Positions 1-12,290 of a stretch of DNA of 64,000 nt are shown here, one piece after another. The translations under genes were made by a program, and so were the position numbers. The stretch comes from Lama glama (taxonomy: Eukaryota): positions 23,624,001 to 23,688,000 of the forward strand of contig CM052818.1 of assembly GCA_028534125.1 (NCBI GenBank). The letters are read 5' to 3'. Position 1 is the first letter of the stretch. Each line of letters opens with the position of its first letter. Under the pieces are notes generated by a model that was given only the letters and a program-made list of their open reading frames with translations, was not told the origin of the DNA and did not search any database.

Positions 1-690
1 CTCTTACCATGTGATCCAGCAATTGTATTTCTTGGTATTTACCCAAATGAATCAAAATCTTATGTCCACACAAAAACCTGCACGTGGATTTTAATAGTAG
101 CCTTATTTGTAATGGCCAAAAGTTTGGAACAACCAAAGTGTCCTTCAGTAGGTTGATGGATACATAAATTTTGGTACGTTTAGACCATAGAATATTAGTC
201 AGCACTTACAGAAATGAGCTACCAAGCCATGAAGAGACTTGGAGGAAATTTAAATGCATGTTATTAAGTGAAAGGATCAATCAGAGGGGCTACATACTGT
301 GGGATTCCAATAATATGACATTTTGTGGTGACAAAAGTATGGAGACAGTGAAAGTATCAGTGGTTGCCAGAGGTTGGAAGAAGGGAAGGATGAATAGGTA
401 GAGCACAGAGGATTTTTAGGGCAGTGAAAATACTCTGTATGATACTATACTGGTGGATACACTTGTCCAAACACATAGGATGTATGATATCAAGAGTAAA
501 TCCTAAAATAAATTATGGAATATGTGTAGTAATGTCTCAGTGTAGGTTCATCAGTTGTAACAAATGTATCACTCTGGTGAAGAAATGTGATAGTGGGGGA
601 GGCTATGTGTATATGGGAGAAGAGGATATATAAGAAATCTGTCTACCATCCACTCAATTTTGCTGTGAATTGCTCTTTAAAAAGCCTGTT
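1..690 (+). mobile_element. Old LINE-1 3' end (ORF2 tail + 3'UTR, L1MC-like)
   Basis: L1 3' motifs TTACCATGTGATCCAGCAATT...GGTATTTACCCAAATGAA, CCAAAGTGTCCTTCAGTAG, and terminal CTCAATTTTGCTGTGAA typical of L1MC 3'UTRs. Confidence 0.88.
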
Positions 691-1569
691 TCAAAAATTG
701 AGATTTGGTGAGATGGCTGGATAGAAGATAAATATGCAAACTGAATATTTTTCTGTGTTCTAGCCGTAAACACCCAGAGATAAAAATGGGGCAACTATTT
801 CATTGTCTCTTCCTAGTTTATTTTAGTTTATTGTGTTCTTTTTCTAACTTCTTAAGAACCTCCTGCCTCCTCTCCCCAGCCACCTTTCTTTCCTGGCCCC
901 ATCGTCCTGCCCTGGAATCTTGTTTATTATATTTAATCCTACCTGCTGCTCCCTTGGCCTCTTACCCTGGTTCATTTCCATCTCCTCCTCACAGCTCATG
1001 TATTTCATCTCCCTCTTCCCAGTGGCCAAAGGAAGCCAAAATACATTTTGGAAAAGCATATTCCTCTCTAATTCAATCTTAACTAAATCACAAAAATACC
1101 TCATATGGTTAAGTGTTTTGTTTTTTTTAATTAAATTTGTTAAATACGGAGATACAGTCCACAGATATCCATTGAGCATCTATTGTGTGTGTTACCAACT
1201 GTGAGTGCAGTCATGGCTTTCCCCTAATAAATCTTACGTTTTTAAAAAAAGAAGACAGTTTCAGAAGAAAATCCTAGTTTTTAATTATATAAATAACAGT
1301 TTAAGACATTTCAGCTTCTTTTGACCATTAACTTTATGTCTGTGAAGCATCTGCTTTGCCCATGTGGCTGAAGTAAAATGACCAATGTGAAAATGAACTG
1401 TATCTCCTCCTCAAAGGTAGGAAATACCTACAATTTTGGCAGAGATTTAAGGCTCCTCAAATGATTGGCTTTCACAAACTTGCTTCTTAAATGATTATCT
1501 TTTGAAATTGCTAAGCTAAACTGAAGAAAACTTGATAAATTTAAGAAGATTTAAGCTAAAATTAAGAGC

Positions 1570-1750
1570 GTCTAGAGACTGGTAGTCTTAGTTGTATGAC
1601 CTTTTAAAGTGATTTGAATTTTCTGAGTCTTGGTTTCTTTAGTTGTAAAAAGAGGCTAATAATAATACATCCCACATTTGGTTTTTGTGAGGCAAAGTAA
1701 GGTAATTATTACAAGGCCCTTATTACAGTGTGTGGAGTTCAAAAAACTAT
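1570..1750 (+). mobile_element. MIR SINE fragment
   Basis: Degenerate MIR core: TGTATGACCTT...TTCTGAGTCTTGGTTTCTTTAGTTGTAAAA...GTTTTTGTGAGG. Confidence 0.65.
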
Positions 1751-3367
1751 AAAGTTTTATTAATAATAACTTAGAAAATATGATGGGTGAATCCATTATA
1801 TTCAGCAATAGCAGTAAGTATAAGATACCCGGGTAAACATTATAAGAAATGTGTGAAAAGAAAGTTATAAAACTTTGTATGAATAAGTAAATCAATTTTA
1901 AGTGAGCTTGCTTGGAGAAAGTTCATATTACAGAAGTGTTATTTCCAAAGGAATATACAGGTTTAGTACAATCTTAATAAAAACCTTAAATGACTCTAAG
2001 AAGGGTAGGGTATACTTCTACTTCGAATTTTATTATACTGTGAGTTTTATTTGATTCTCCAGTCAAATGAATTTAAATTAAACTTTGCTGTTACTTATAT
2101 GAGAAAATACAAAGCATGAATGCAGCATTTGTTTAATTGCAATAATATATTTTTGTCAATAACACTGTTCTCGTGTGGAGAAAACTATTCATAAATGCTA
2201 GGTACTATTGTAATTCTCTTAGTGACATTTAAATTCCAAGCATGCACACTTTGAAGTAAATTCAACAGAAATTGCAATAAAAAAGGAAATGGTTCACTTG
2301 GAACAGTAAAACAATAAAATCCAAAAAATTACAGTCAAAAAATAAACAAAATATTTACAGTTCTTTTAAGGTCATTATTAAAAAGTAAGTCTTTATAAGA
2401 AAGTAAGTCTCTTGTAACAGAAAATAATTTTATAAAGTACAGGATTTTGTGTACCTGGGAAATTAATTTTGTTAGAAATAGTCGACTAAGAAGCAAAAGG
2501 GGTCCACATAGAATGAAGTTATTAATCACTGCATTATAATGTGTTAAACAGTCATAATTGAATATCTAACTGGTTGAGAGATTTGGTTTAAACCAGTTTT
2601 AAAGTGTTTAGTAATAGGGTGGTTGCATTACTGTTTTGCTGGTATCGGATTTATATATGCAAAGCATATTATTTTGCCACCAGCTTGGTGATGATATAAT
2701 TTGCAAAGAATTGTCCAATGATATATGTGAATTTTCAGCACGAATGTGATTGATTAGGAAAAAAGATATTTGGGGATGAACACATTTTTGGCCAGTCCTA
2801 TTGTGTGTGAAATTATGAAAGTGGAAGCCTTTATAAAGGCTGTTGCACACCCTGCACACATCAACAGCCCTTGCACAACTCTGTGGTGCCTTCTTGTCTT
2901 AAACTATTCGCCACTTATTCTCCTTAGTTTGGCTCTGGTGGTCTTATAAAGGTAATTTTTGTTTTTTGTTTTTTTAAGAAATAAATTTATAATGGGATTA
3001 TAACGTTCTGATTCTGCATGTTTACTCAGTTATATGCTAGCTCAGCTGTGTGCATGTTCTGTTCAAAAATTTCACAGTTGACTGATATTTTTCTTCATGG
3101 AGAAGAAAACAATCATGATAATAGATAAAGATTTATTTTTCAAAAACAGGTGGATATTGACAATTTCACATGATTTAACCTAATATTTAGGAAGCACTGT
3201 ACAAGCTTGGTGTTCCCTCCTCAGCTCGGTGACTGAGAGGCTCACAAAGCTGGCTTATTAGTTGTCATTTTCTCAATATCAAACACTGTCAATGAATAAT
3301 TGTATTGCAAAGACATACACATTTTTATTTCTTGATAGAATTGCTTTAATTAAAAAGAAACTTTGAG

Positions 3368-4219
3368 CTCAATATCACTAATTATCAGAGAAATGCAAAT
3401 CAAAACTACAGTGAGGTATGGCCAGTCAGAATGGCCATCATTCAGAAGTCCACAAATGACAAATGCTGGAGAGGCTGTGGAGAAAAGGGAACCCCCCTAC
3501 ACTGCTGGTGGGAATGCAGTTTGGTGCAGCCACTGTGGAAAACAATATGGAGATTCCTCAAAAGACTAGGAATAGACTTACCATATGACCCAGGAATCCT
3601 GCTCCTGGGCATATATCCAGAAGGAGCCCTACTTCAAAAAGACACCTGCACCCCAATGTCCATGGCAGTACTATTTACAATAGCCAAGACATGGAAACTG
3701 CCTAAATGTCCAACAACAGATGACTGGATAAAGAAAATGTGATATACTTATACAATGGAATACTATTCAGCCATAAAAACTGACAACATAATGCCATTTG
3801 CAGCAACATGGATGTTCCTGGAGAATGTCATTCTAAGTGAAGTAAGCCAGAAAGAGAAAGAAAAATACTATATGAGATTGCTCATATGTGGAATCTACAA
3901 AAACAAAACAAACATAAATACAAAACAGAAACAGACTCATAGACATAGAATACAAACTTGTGGTTGCCAAGGGGGTGGGAGGTAGGAAGGGACAGACTGG
4001 GATTTCAAAATGTAGAATAGATAAACAAGATTGTACTGTATAGCACAGGGAAAATATATACAAGATCTTGTGGTAGCTCACAGTGAAAAAAAATGTGACA
4101 ATGAATATATGTATGTTCATGTATAACTGAAAAATTGTGCTCTACACTAGAATTTGACACAACATTGTAAAATGACTATAACTCAATAAAAAATGTTAAA
4201 AAATACAAAAAAAGTAAAG
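3368..4219 (+). mobile_element. Young lineage-specific 5'-truncated L1 (ORF2 C-terminus + 3'UTR + A-rich tail) with 14-bp TSD
   Basis: ORFs 3431-3742 ([34 protein letters not shown]) and 3755-3985 (MEYYSAIK...FAATWM) are L1 ORF2 C-terminal Cys-rich sequence. AATAAA and an A-tail follow. Perfect direct repeat AAAGAAACTTTGAG at 3354-3367 and 4220-4233, next to a TT/AAAA endonuclease site. Confidence 0.96.
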
Positions 4220-6589
4220 AAAGAAACTTTGAGATGTGGATGAATAAAAATGACTGAATCTTGGAGACACTGGAGACACTGAATCTTTGAGGACTCAGTG
4301 GTAAAACAGTACTGATGAAATGAATAATCTGACATGGCATCTTTCTTCATCAAGAAAAAACGTCCTTCTATAAGTATTTATTTGAGATAACAAAAGAGAC
4401 TGTCTTTTGGATTATTTCAATCCACTGTTGTTCAAGTATCTTGACTCATGATAGCCTGAAATGTTGAAGCAAATTTCTGTTTGGTGACGTTATGATCATT
4501 CTATGTGTGATTACCCTGACATGCCATGTAGAGCAACTAAAGAAAAACAACAACAGTATTTTACTTGGCAGGTCCACTGGAAATTGGGTAACCTTTGGAA
4601 ATAAACTTTCTCATTCTTCGAAGAAAGTTAACCCCCTTTATTGTGTAAGTGCTGGGGTTGTGTAAGCTCTGTTTTCTTTGGTGGGGAAATCAGTCTTCAC
4701 ACTTGGCAGTTGTCCTAGCAGAGGACAATTGTGTCTTCAGAACTGATTGTCTTCAGATCACTCAGCTAGTGTTGGGGCCAAGACACCAAATAAAGTATTC
4801 TGACTTTACATCTTATGCTAAAGAACCCTAGAAAATAGAAAATTCTGGAAATGTTCTGAGAAATCTCTAGTTGAATGGGGGGGTGTCATATGCATCAGAT
4901 GATGCCTTTTAATCATTCTAACTGTAGGCTTTTTTGTTGTTGTTGTTCCTTGAGAACAGCTGGTAAGTCCCCATTAATTTTAGAGGTTTTCTGGAGAACT
5001 GTGATCATGGCAGTCAGAGTCCTGATCTGGTGAGGGATGGGGAACATGCAAATTGCCTATGTTGTTTAAACATGATGTATAAGTAACAGTTGTCAAGGTG
5101 TTCCTGGCTTCTCAGAGTCCTTAGTGGATGCCCACCAGATTGCCTTTGGCTGTGATCAGAGGAAGCTCTCCTTCTAAATAGGAGGGACTTCAGAGTGACA
5201 ATCTGGTTGAAAGTGTTTAGGGAATACCCTCTTAAACTGTTATCATTAATTTAGATTTTATGCTGAGTTGAGATGGCATTGAAAGAGCTGATGAAGATTA
5301 CCTAAGGAATCAGTTTCCTCCCGAGCCACTACTTCCTACTGGCTCTGCGGCAGTCAATGTTGGCTTCAGTTGAAGTCTCACTGGGCATTGAACCCAGGGG
5401 TCCTCCTGGATTTTAGTCTAAGCAGTAGCTGCAGCATTGCTTTAGGAATAAAGTTCATTTGCATTCTGTTTATACACAATGATATGACCACACCTCTTTG
5501 CAAAGTTGACTGTAAACCATCACTGAATCAGCTTTTATGATTACATATATAAAAGTTTGTTTTCACTGTGTTCTTTAGAAAGTGTTTCACTTTTGTTTGA
5601 ATCCAGAGAAATGAGAAGCCAGATTTCTTAATGGCATCCCATCAATATAAGGTTGCTTTTTACAGGATAGCTGGGTGTACAAGTTACTCTTAATAGGAAA
5701 TTTTAGCAGAACAGTAAGAAAGGGAGATGTGATACACGGCTGATGAGTATTTTAAAAGTACTGGATCAAAGCCTCAAAGACAGCCTTTGCACATTATTTG
5801 GGCCAGATCACCTATATGTCTAACCACCTACCATCGGGCTTTTTACCAATGATGGGAATAGAAGTGAGTCCAAATTAGGGGCTGAAGGAAGCTTACTTTG
5901 TTCTCCAGCATTCTTGGGCTTGGCAAAATAGATGGTATGAGGCTCAGCGCCAGCCTACTAGGGTCCAAAAATAAATTAAAAAAAAAAAAGTTTAGCTAAC
6001 ATTCATGCCTTTGAGTACCGTTACATTCTGTTAATAAGCAACTCACACCTACACCACCGTGAGGAGCTATTTGAGAGGGCAAATATGCCCGCCAGAGGTG
6101 ACCTCTCAGCCTAAATATATCTTTTCCCCCAAACATTTACAATTCCATCTGTAAAACACTTTTTTTTCCCTTCACAGAAGAGTCTTGATTTATCTTTAAA
6201 AATAAGTGCCCTGTGCTTCCAAGTGCTCAGTGATAAATGAGGTTGGATTGCAGATGTGTGTTCTTTGCTAAGTTGGAAGCTTCTTGTCAGAGTTTTCTAT
6301 AGAATATCTGACATCATTATTTAAGGAAACCTAGGAGTGTGCCTCTTGTTATTTTTAGAGACATAGCAGGGATTTCTTTGAGGGGACCTTTCATAGACAC
6401 TGACACTAAAGTTCCAATAGCTTTGAAAGCAAGAAATGGAAAATGTTCAGAAGAGAAGATAGCTGAATAAGAAAAAAACAAGTTTTAGGGAAGTCACTGG
6501 CATCATCAAAAGGCAACTTATTGTCTCATTAATAATCACATAAAGAAAAATAAAGGCATTTTTTAGCCTACTGTTTTGCTGAAGGCAAA

Positions 6590-7345
6590 ACCAAAAATGC
6601 TACCCCCTGCTGTTGAGAGAAATGGGTACCCTCAGAAACACTCTGAATGGTAATTTGGCAGTACCTGGCAAAAGCTTCAGAAATGCACCTAACCGTAGAC
6701 TCAGAAGGCCTCTTAGCGGAATTTAGGAGTTTATCCTAAAGGAATGAATGCTTGCGGTAAGATCTCATCCCAAGGATTTTCATTATAGAGTTCTTTGTAT
6801 TATTGACAAATACGAATAAACCAGCTTGTCTTCTCGTAGAGACTGACCACATAAATCCTGATATAATACATGCACTACACAAAATGAAGTTCTACTCAAA
6901 TATTAGAATTGGAGGTCTTTTCTGCCATTTAGAAGTGTTCTACTTTTGAATTGAATTCTAGTTGATTTGCAGTGTTGTGTTAATTTCTGGTGTACAGCAT
7001 AGTGACTCAGTTATACTTGTGTTCCTTTCCATTATAGGCCATTACAAGGTATTAGATATAGTTCGCTGGGCTATACAGTAGGACCTCGCTGTTTATCTAT
7101 TTTCCATATAATAGTATCTAGAAATCCTGAATTCCCAATTTAGCCCCTTTTACCCCTTTTCCCCCTGCTAATCATAAGTTTGTTTTTTTTGTCTGTGATT
7201 CTATCTCTGTTTTGTAAGTACATTCATTTGTGTCCTTTTTTTTTGAAGGTGATTATTTATTGACATAGAAAGATATTCATATGATATTAATGAAAAAGCA
7301 GGTTAAAAAGCAGTATGAATCAATAAAAAGGTCTAGAAGAATACC
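6590..7345 (+). mobile_element. Very old L1 (L1ME-like) 3' region, interrupted by a younger L1 fragment
   Basis: Degenerate GGTAATTTGGCAGTACC, AGTTTATCCTAAAGGAAT, TTATTGACATAGAAAGATATTCAT, AAAAAGCAGGTTA and AAAAGGTCTAGAAGAATAC motifs. Confidence 0.7.
6944..7244 (-). mobile_element. Cetartiodactyl-type L1 3'UTR end
   Basis: AGTTGATTTGCAGTGTTGTGTTAATTTCTGGTGTACAGCATAGTGACTCAGTTATAC...GCTATACAGTAGGACCT...AATCATAAGTTTG, the reverse complement of artiodactyl L1 3' ends. Confidence 0.88.
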
Positions 7346-8194
7346 CTAGACTTCAAAGTGTTCACGTGAGAAGCAGATTTGGACAGTTTTCATTTTGCAG
7401 AGAATGAACCATAGTGCAGTTCTGGGCACAGGGGGAATTGGGTGGGAGTCAAGAATGAATCCATTGGCCACACCGTACCTTTTTAAAAAGTAAACTATAG
7501 ATTTTATTCTGGTTTCACCAGGTTTTCTGCTAGTGTCTTTTCCAGCATGCAATCTGGGATACCACATGGCGTTTAGTTGTCCTGTCTCCTGAAGCCCCTC
7601 CAATCTGTGATAGTTTCTCGGTCTTTCCTGTTTCTCATGACCTTGACACTTTTGAAGGGTAGTGGCTGGGTGTTCTGTAGAATATCTCTCAACTGGAACT
7701 TTTCTGTTAGGCTGGGGTTGTGGATTTTGGGAAAGAACGCCACAGAGGTTAAGTGCCATTTTCATCTCAGCCTGTCAGAAAGTACTTGATAGCAACTTGC
7801 CTTCTCCCTGAGATGGCCACCGTGATGGCCGGGCTGAGGTAGTGTCGCTGTGGGTTTCTCAGACAGCCTGGCTACAGAGCCTGTGCCCTTAGCAGCCTCA
7901 CTGCAGTGTGGGCCCCCTAAGTCCTCACCTGGGGGGGAGGTGTTCTCTCACTAGGTGATCGGTAGGCACTGAACAAGCAGAATTTTCCTGGTAGAATTTC
8001 CTACATAAGAGTTCTGGTGGCAGGAGGAAAATGGGCTGACTTTCTATACAGTATTGGTTTCCTGGAAATGTGGCCGATGGATTGATTCTTGACTCCCACC
8101 CAATTCTCCCTGTGCCCAGAACTGCACTTTGGTTCATTCTCTCCAAAATGAAAACTGTCCAATCTGCTTCTCGCATTAACACTTTGAAGTCTAG
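7346..8194. repeat. Long inverted repeat pair (arms 7346-7472 and 8069-8194) enclosing ~596 bp
   Basis: Manual alignment of the left arm with the reverse complement of the right arm gives 8 substitutions + 1 indel over 127 bp. Confidence 0.95.
7485..7860 (-). mobile_element. L1MC4/5-like 3'UTR fragment inside the inverted-repeat block
   Basis: AAACTATAGATTTTATTC...TTTAGTTGTCCTGTCTCC...CATGACCTTGACACTTTTGAAG...TGTAGAATATCTCTCAAC...GAGGTTAAGTGCC. Confidence 0.8.
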
Positions 8195-8239
8195 AAATAC
8201 TGAGTTAAGAGATAATAACTAGAATTTGATGATGTATTT

Positions 8240-9060
8240 ATTTTTTGCACAGCCAGAAGTTAATTTCCTTAACTTACAGAGAACTACTATAAATATTTGA
8301 CAAAAAACGTGCAAGTGATATGTTTAGATAATTCATAGCAAAGGAAATAAAAATGTCTTTTCAACATTTGAAATAACATTCAAGTTATGAATAAGAAAAA
8401 TATAAATCAAAATGACAATGATAACATTAAGAAATGATTAGATTTTAGTAGCAAAGAATGCTTGATTACAAACTATGTTGGCAAAGGTTTGGGGAAACGG
8501 ATGATTCTGTTTATGGAAAAGTAAATTGGTATAACTACTACTGAGAGCAATTAGACATTATGCCTTACAAAAAGGAGTATATATTTTTGACCCAGTAATT
8601 TCACTTCTGTATTATATCTTTAATATGTATCCTATTTATATAATAAACATTGTAGATATGCTAGCATGTGAAAATTATTTACATGTAGTAATATTCTTTG
8701 TAGCAAGTGATTAGTTAAATAAATAGTTCCATCTGCATACTGTGAATACTAAAACTTTATATGTACCATTAAGGGAAAATCTCTAGGATACTTTGTTAAG
8801 TTTTAAAAAAGCCAAAAACAAAAACATAGTGCAGAATGACATGTAAGATATGCTACTGTTTCTACAAAAATAAATATTTTATATGCTATTCAATATGCTT
8901 AGGTTCTTTCCTGTAGGAAACGCAAGAAACTTAACAGTGATTGTATCTGCAGAAGGAACTTATGACTGGGGTCAAAGGTGAATGGAGGCTTGTTTCTCAC
9001 TGTGTACTATTCTGTACCTTTTGAATTTTCTACCACGTCCATGTATAACCTATTCAAAGC
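8240..9060 (+). mobile_element. Old L1 (L1ME-like) ORF2 end + 3'UTR
   Basis: TGTTGGCAAAGGTTTGGGGAAACGG, GTAAATTGGTATAAC, TTTGACCCAGTAATTTCACTTCT, TCTGTACCTTTTGAATTTT. Confidence 0.75.
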
Positions 9061-9207
9061 CAAATAACAATTTTAACCAAAAACCAATGGAACAGATGAC
9101 CTACCACTTCTTATTCTGAAGAGAAGAGCAGATGTACATTTCAAAACTGAACCTGAAGGCTTAAATTCTGTTCTCAGATCTACCACTAATTATCTCTGTG
9201 ATTTTTG

Positions 9208-9778
9208 TGTGATGGTTAATTTTATGTATTAACTTGACTGGGCCACAGGATGCCCAGATGTGTGGACAAGCATCATTCTGAGATTGTCTGTGAGTGTGCT
9301 TCTGGGTGAAATTAACACTTGAATTGGTAGACTGAGTAGAACATTTTGTCCTCCCTAGTGTGGGAGGGCCTCGTCCAATCAGTTGAAGTCCTAAATAGCG
9401 CAAAAGGGTTGACTCTTCTGACAATAAAAAGGAACTCCTCCTACCCAACGGCCTTAATCTAGAACATTGATTTCTTTCCTGCTTTTGTTGTCTTACTGAA
9501 AAATAGACTCTTCCTGCATCTTAAGCTTGTTGGCCTTAAGAATAAAACTATTCCATTGGCTCTCAGGCCTTTGGACTCGACCTGGAGCTATACCATCAGT
9601 TACCTTGCTGTCTGCAGCTTGAGACTTGTCAGCTTCCATAACCTGTGAGCCAATTTCTTATAATACATCTCTTACTAATATATATAATATTATATAATCT
9701 AATGGAGATCTTGTGTGTGTATGTGTAAAATACTTATATTTCCTGTTGGTTCTGTTTCTCTGGAGCATCCCAATATAC
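9208..9778 (+). mobile_element. MLT2 (ERVL) solo LTR
   Basis: Starts TGTGATGGTTAATTTTATGT..AACTTGACTGGGCCAC, ends TTGGTTCTGTTTCTCTGGAG..CCCAATATAC; these are diagnostic MLT2 termini. Confidence 0.92.
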
Positions 9779-10081
9779 TTTGGAAAAGTACCAAAGTAAC
9801 AGAGATAACAGCTGCCTCTGAATAGTTAAATTGTCTTTATAAAATAGGGACTTAACGCTAGAACAACTACATGTTGCCTTGCAGGTGTAGACTTCTGTGT
9901 AATACAGTAATTTCTCTGCAGATGTTCCCCCAGTCTCCCACTTGAGCCCGAGTTCTATTTTGCTCCCTGATCACTGGTTATTTCCCCTCAAATCCTACCA
10001 TGCTTAGCACATCCCAAATTAAGCATGCCTGTCAGCAAAGTCATCTCCTTTCTTCTGTTATTTTCTATGGCACTAGGTTGT

Positions 10082-10567
10082 TGTAGGAATGACCAGATCT
10101 GAGGTTGCGTCTTCCCTCTGGGCACGGTAATCCTTTGATGTTTATGACAGCAATCAAATAAACATCAAAGAATACCAAGAGAAGAGGCAGATCAAAGGGT
10201 TGTCCTCCCTCTCAGCTCTCAGTAAAGTGCAACGCCAAGTAACACAGGAGTACTACGTAGAATTCTTCAGTGATCTGAACAGCTCTGTGTTCTAGAGCTA
10301 ACAGCCATCTCCAGGAATGGGGGAGTGTTACCAGAGGGAGGCTGGAGCCTGGCAGGCAGGTCTGTGTATAGACCACTCATCTGCAACTGTGCTAAGGAGA
10401 GGAAAACCTCAGCCTTTTTACTGTCTTGCTCATGGAAAAAACACTGGACCCACAGAGATACCATCATCAGTATATCAATAACAGTTGTTTTTTATCTTGG
10501 TAGACCTGCCTTATGAACACTTAATAAGACTTTATCTTATTGTTAACCATTTATGCTTCCCATGACA
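10082..10567 (-). mobile_element. Possible ancient ERV solo LTR
   Basis: TG...CA bounded ~490-bp segment with LTR-like composition; subfamily not recognised. Confidence 0.35.
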
Positions 10568-11234
10568 GGGAAATGATTGTTGCATGGTCTTTCTAGGGCT
10601 CCTGTGTCCTTTGTCAAGGATTTCCTAGAGATTGTTTTGTAAAATGTTCCTAACATTCAGACTTGTCTTTTGTTCATCCCTCTCTCCCAGTCTGATGCCC
10701 AGTCTTAGTGATGTCCACTTTGGGATGAGTCTGTCCTGTGGGATTCCCTAGATCTCCATTGCTGCTGCTCACGTTGGACTTCCCGCACTTCCTATCTGGA
10801 TTTCTGCAACACCCACCCAGAAATATCCCCTTATTCTGACTCTAGCACTGCAAATCCATGCTCCACTCCCATCATTACATGAGACTGATTGACTCCAAAC
10901 CCTACTTTTTTCTATTATGCATGCATTTGCTGAGGAATCCTGCAGTGATTCCAGTGACAGTTCGAAGTCATCCAAGTTTTAAGGAGTATTTATAGCCAAT
11001 TCCACTTCCCATACTCTGTCAGTGTCTCACTACTCTACCTAATCAAACACCAAGACTTGCTAATTTTACTCCCAGGCTTTCTCTTCTCTCAACACAATTC
11101 ATTCTCTGCAGTGCAGATGTTATGCAGATAGATAGATGAACAACTTCATAAATATAAATATGTAACTTCATAAATATTTAAGTTCGTAAGTGAAAGCTAT
11201 TTGTATTCAAATGGGGACACAAATTTGAAATGTT

Positions 11235-11385
11235 TTTGCCTTTTACTAAGCTATATAAATCTGGACAAGTTACTTGATCTCCCTGAACTTCAAATATTTC
11301 ACCCTGTTAAGTTTTTCTGAGGATTAAACAATATAAAATATTTAAGTTGTCTAACGTCTGGCATTTAGTGCTTAATAAATTCATG
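11235..11385 (+). mobile_element. MIR fragment
   Basis: GGACAAGTTACTTGATCTCCCTGAACTTCA...GAGGATTAAA...GTGCTTAATAAAT. Confidence 0.7.
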
Positions 11386-11432
11386 CATATTTCCTTATTT
11401 TAGGTTGTGTTTTCTTTTTCTGTTTTTCAAAC

Positions 11433-12290
11433 TGCAGTAGTCTGGGTCCAATCAGGAGGCAGAGACCACACAATAAATAAAACGTGTAGTTAATATGAGG
11501 AATTATTAACTATGATAAAAGAGAAACTATACGATATAAAGAAACTCTCTATGATACTCTGAAGTTGAAGGAGAGTAACCAGGGAAGGACCAACTTGGAA
11601 GAAGTTAGATCTTGTCGGGAAAGGTGGAGTTCAGCCCAGCTGATAGGAGAGATGTTTATTGGTTTGGTCAGGCCTGGGCTGGTCTGGAGTTCCTGGGCAG
11701 GCAATGGGCCTGGAAAGCAGGCCAGCGGGCAGATGATCTGCAATGGTGATGTGGTTATGCAGCAAGTTTGATGCCAGCTAGAGGAGAAGGCTTTTGGAGC
11801 ATGCAGGCTTGCATGGGTGTGGGGGCCTGCTGGACTGCTTGGTGTGTGGACCCTCCGGGACATACATGGTTGCAGGCAGACCACACTGGGGAGTCCCAGT
11901 GCCGGGAATGCAGGAGGCCTTCAGAGCAAAGGCCTTCATGAGTGTGTGTATGTGTGTGGATCAGGGTGGTGGGGAGGGTTGTGGTTTCTCTGTCTATAGG
12001 ACTGAGGAAAGGTTATTGCTGTTCATAGGATTCAAGGTCATGGAGGGACCATGCTCTCGGCCAGTGGCTGGGACAGTCTCCTTAGGATGTTTTCATGCCC
12101 ACGTGGCCCTTGCAGGACATTTCAGAAAGCCTCTTCCTCTGGTGATGTCTCTTCAATGCCCTCTATTGAGAAGGCTTGTCTTTGTGCTTGCTTTAAAGGA
12201 AAATGCTTCCAGCAATTTTCTTATTTATCACAGAGCATGTAGTGAAATGTGCATTTGAAGCTGAGAAGCAGTACGTTGATAACTGACACA
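11433..12290 (-). mobile_element. ERVL-class solo LTR (LTR33/41/52 group)
   Basis: Termini AGTCTGGGTCCAATCAGGAGGCAGAGACCACAC and GCTGAGAAGCAGTACGTTGATAACTGACACA match the reverse complement of this LTR group. This explains the GC-richer spurious ORFs at 11549-12258. Confidence 0.75.

Noticed and set aside
5666..5745. Peptide DSWVYKLLLIGNFS resembling the Rab beta1/P-loop entry
   Set aside because: No GxxxxGKT/S follows and the frame stops shortly after; no other GTPase motifs nearby.
7344..7350. CCCTAGA, a piggyBac-like terminus at the inverted-repeat left end
   Set aside because: The right end lacks TCTAGGG and there is no TTAA target duplication.
11549..12258. Several overlapping 60-154 aa ORFs
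   Set aside because: They lie inside an ERVL-type solo LTR; no recognisable protein.
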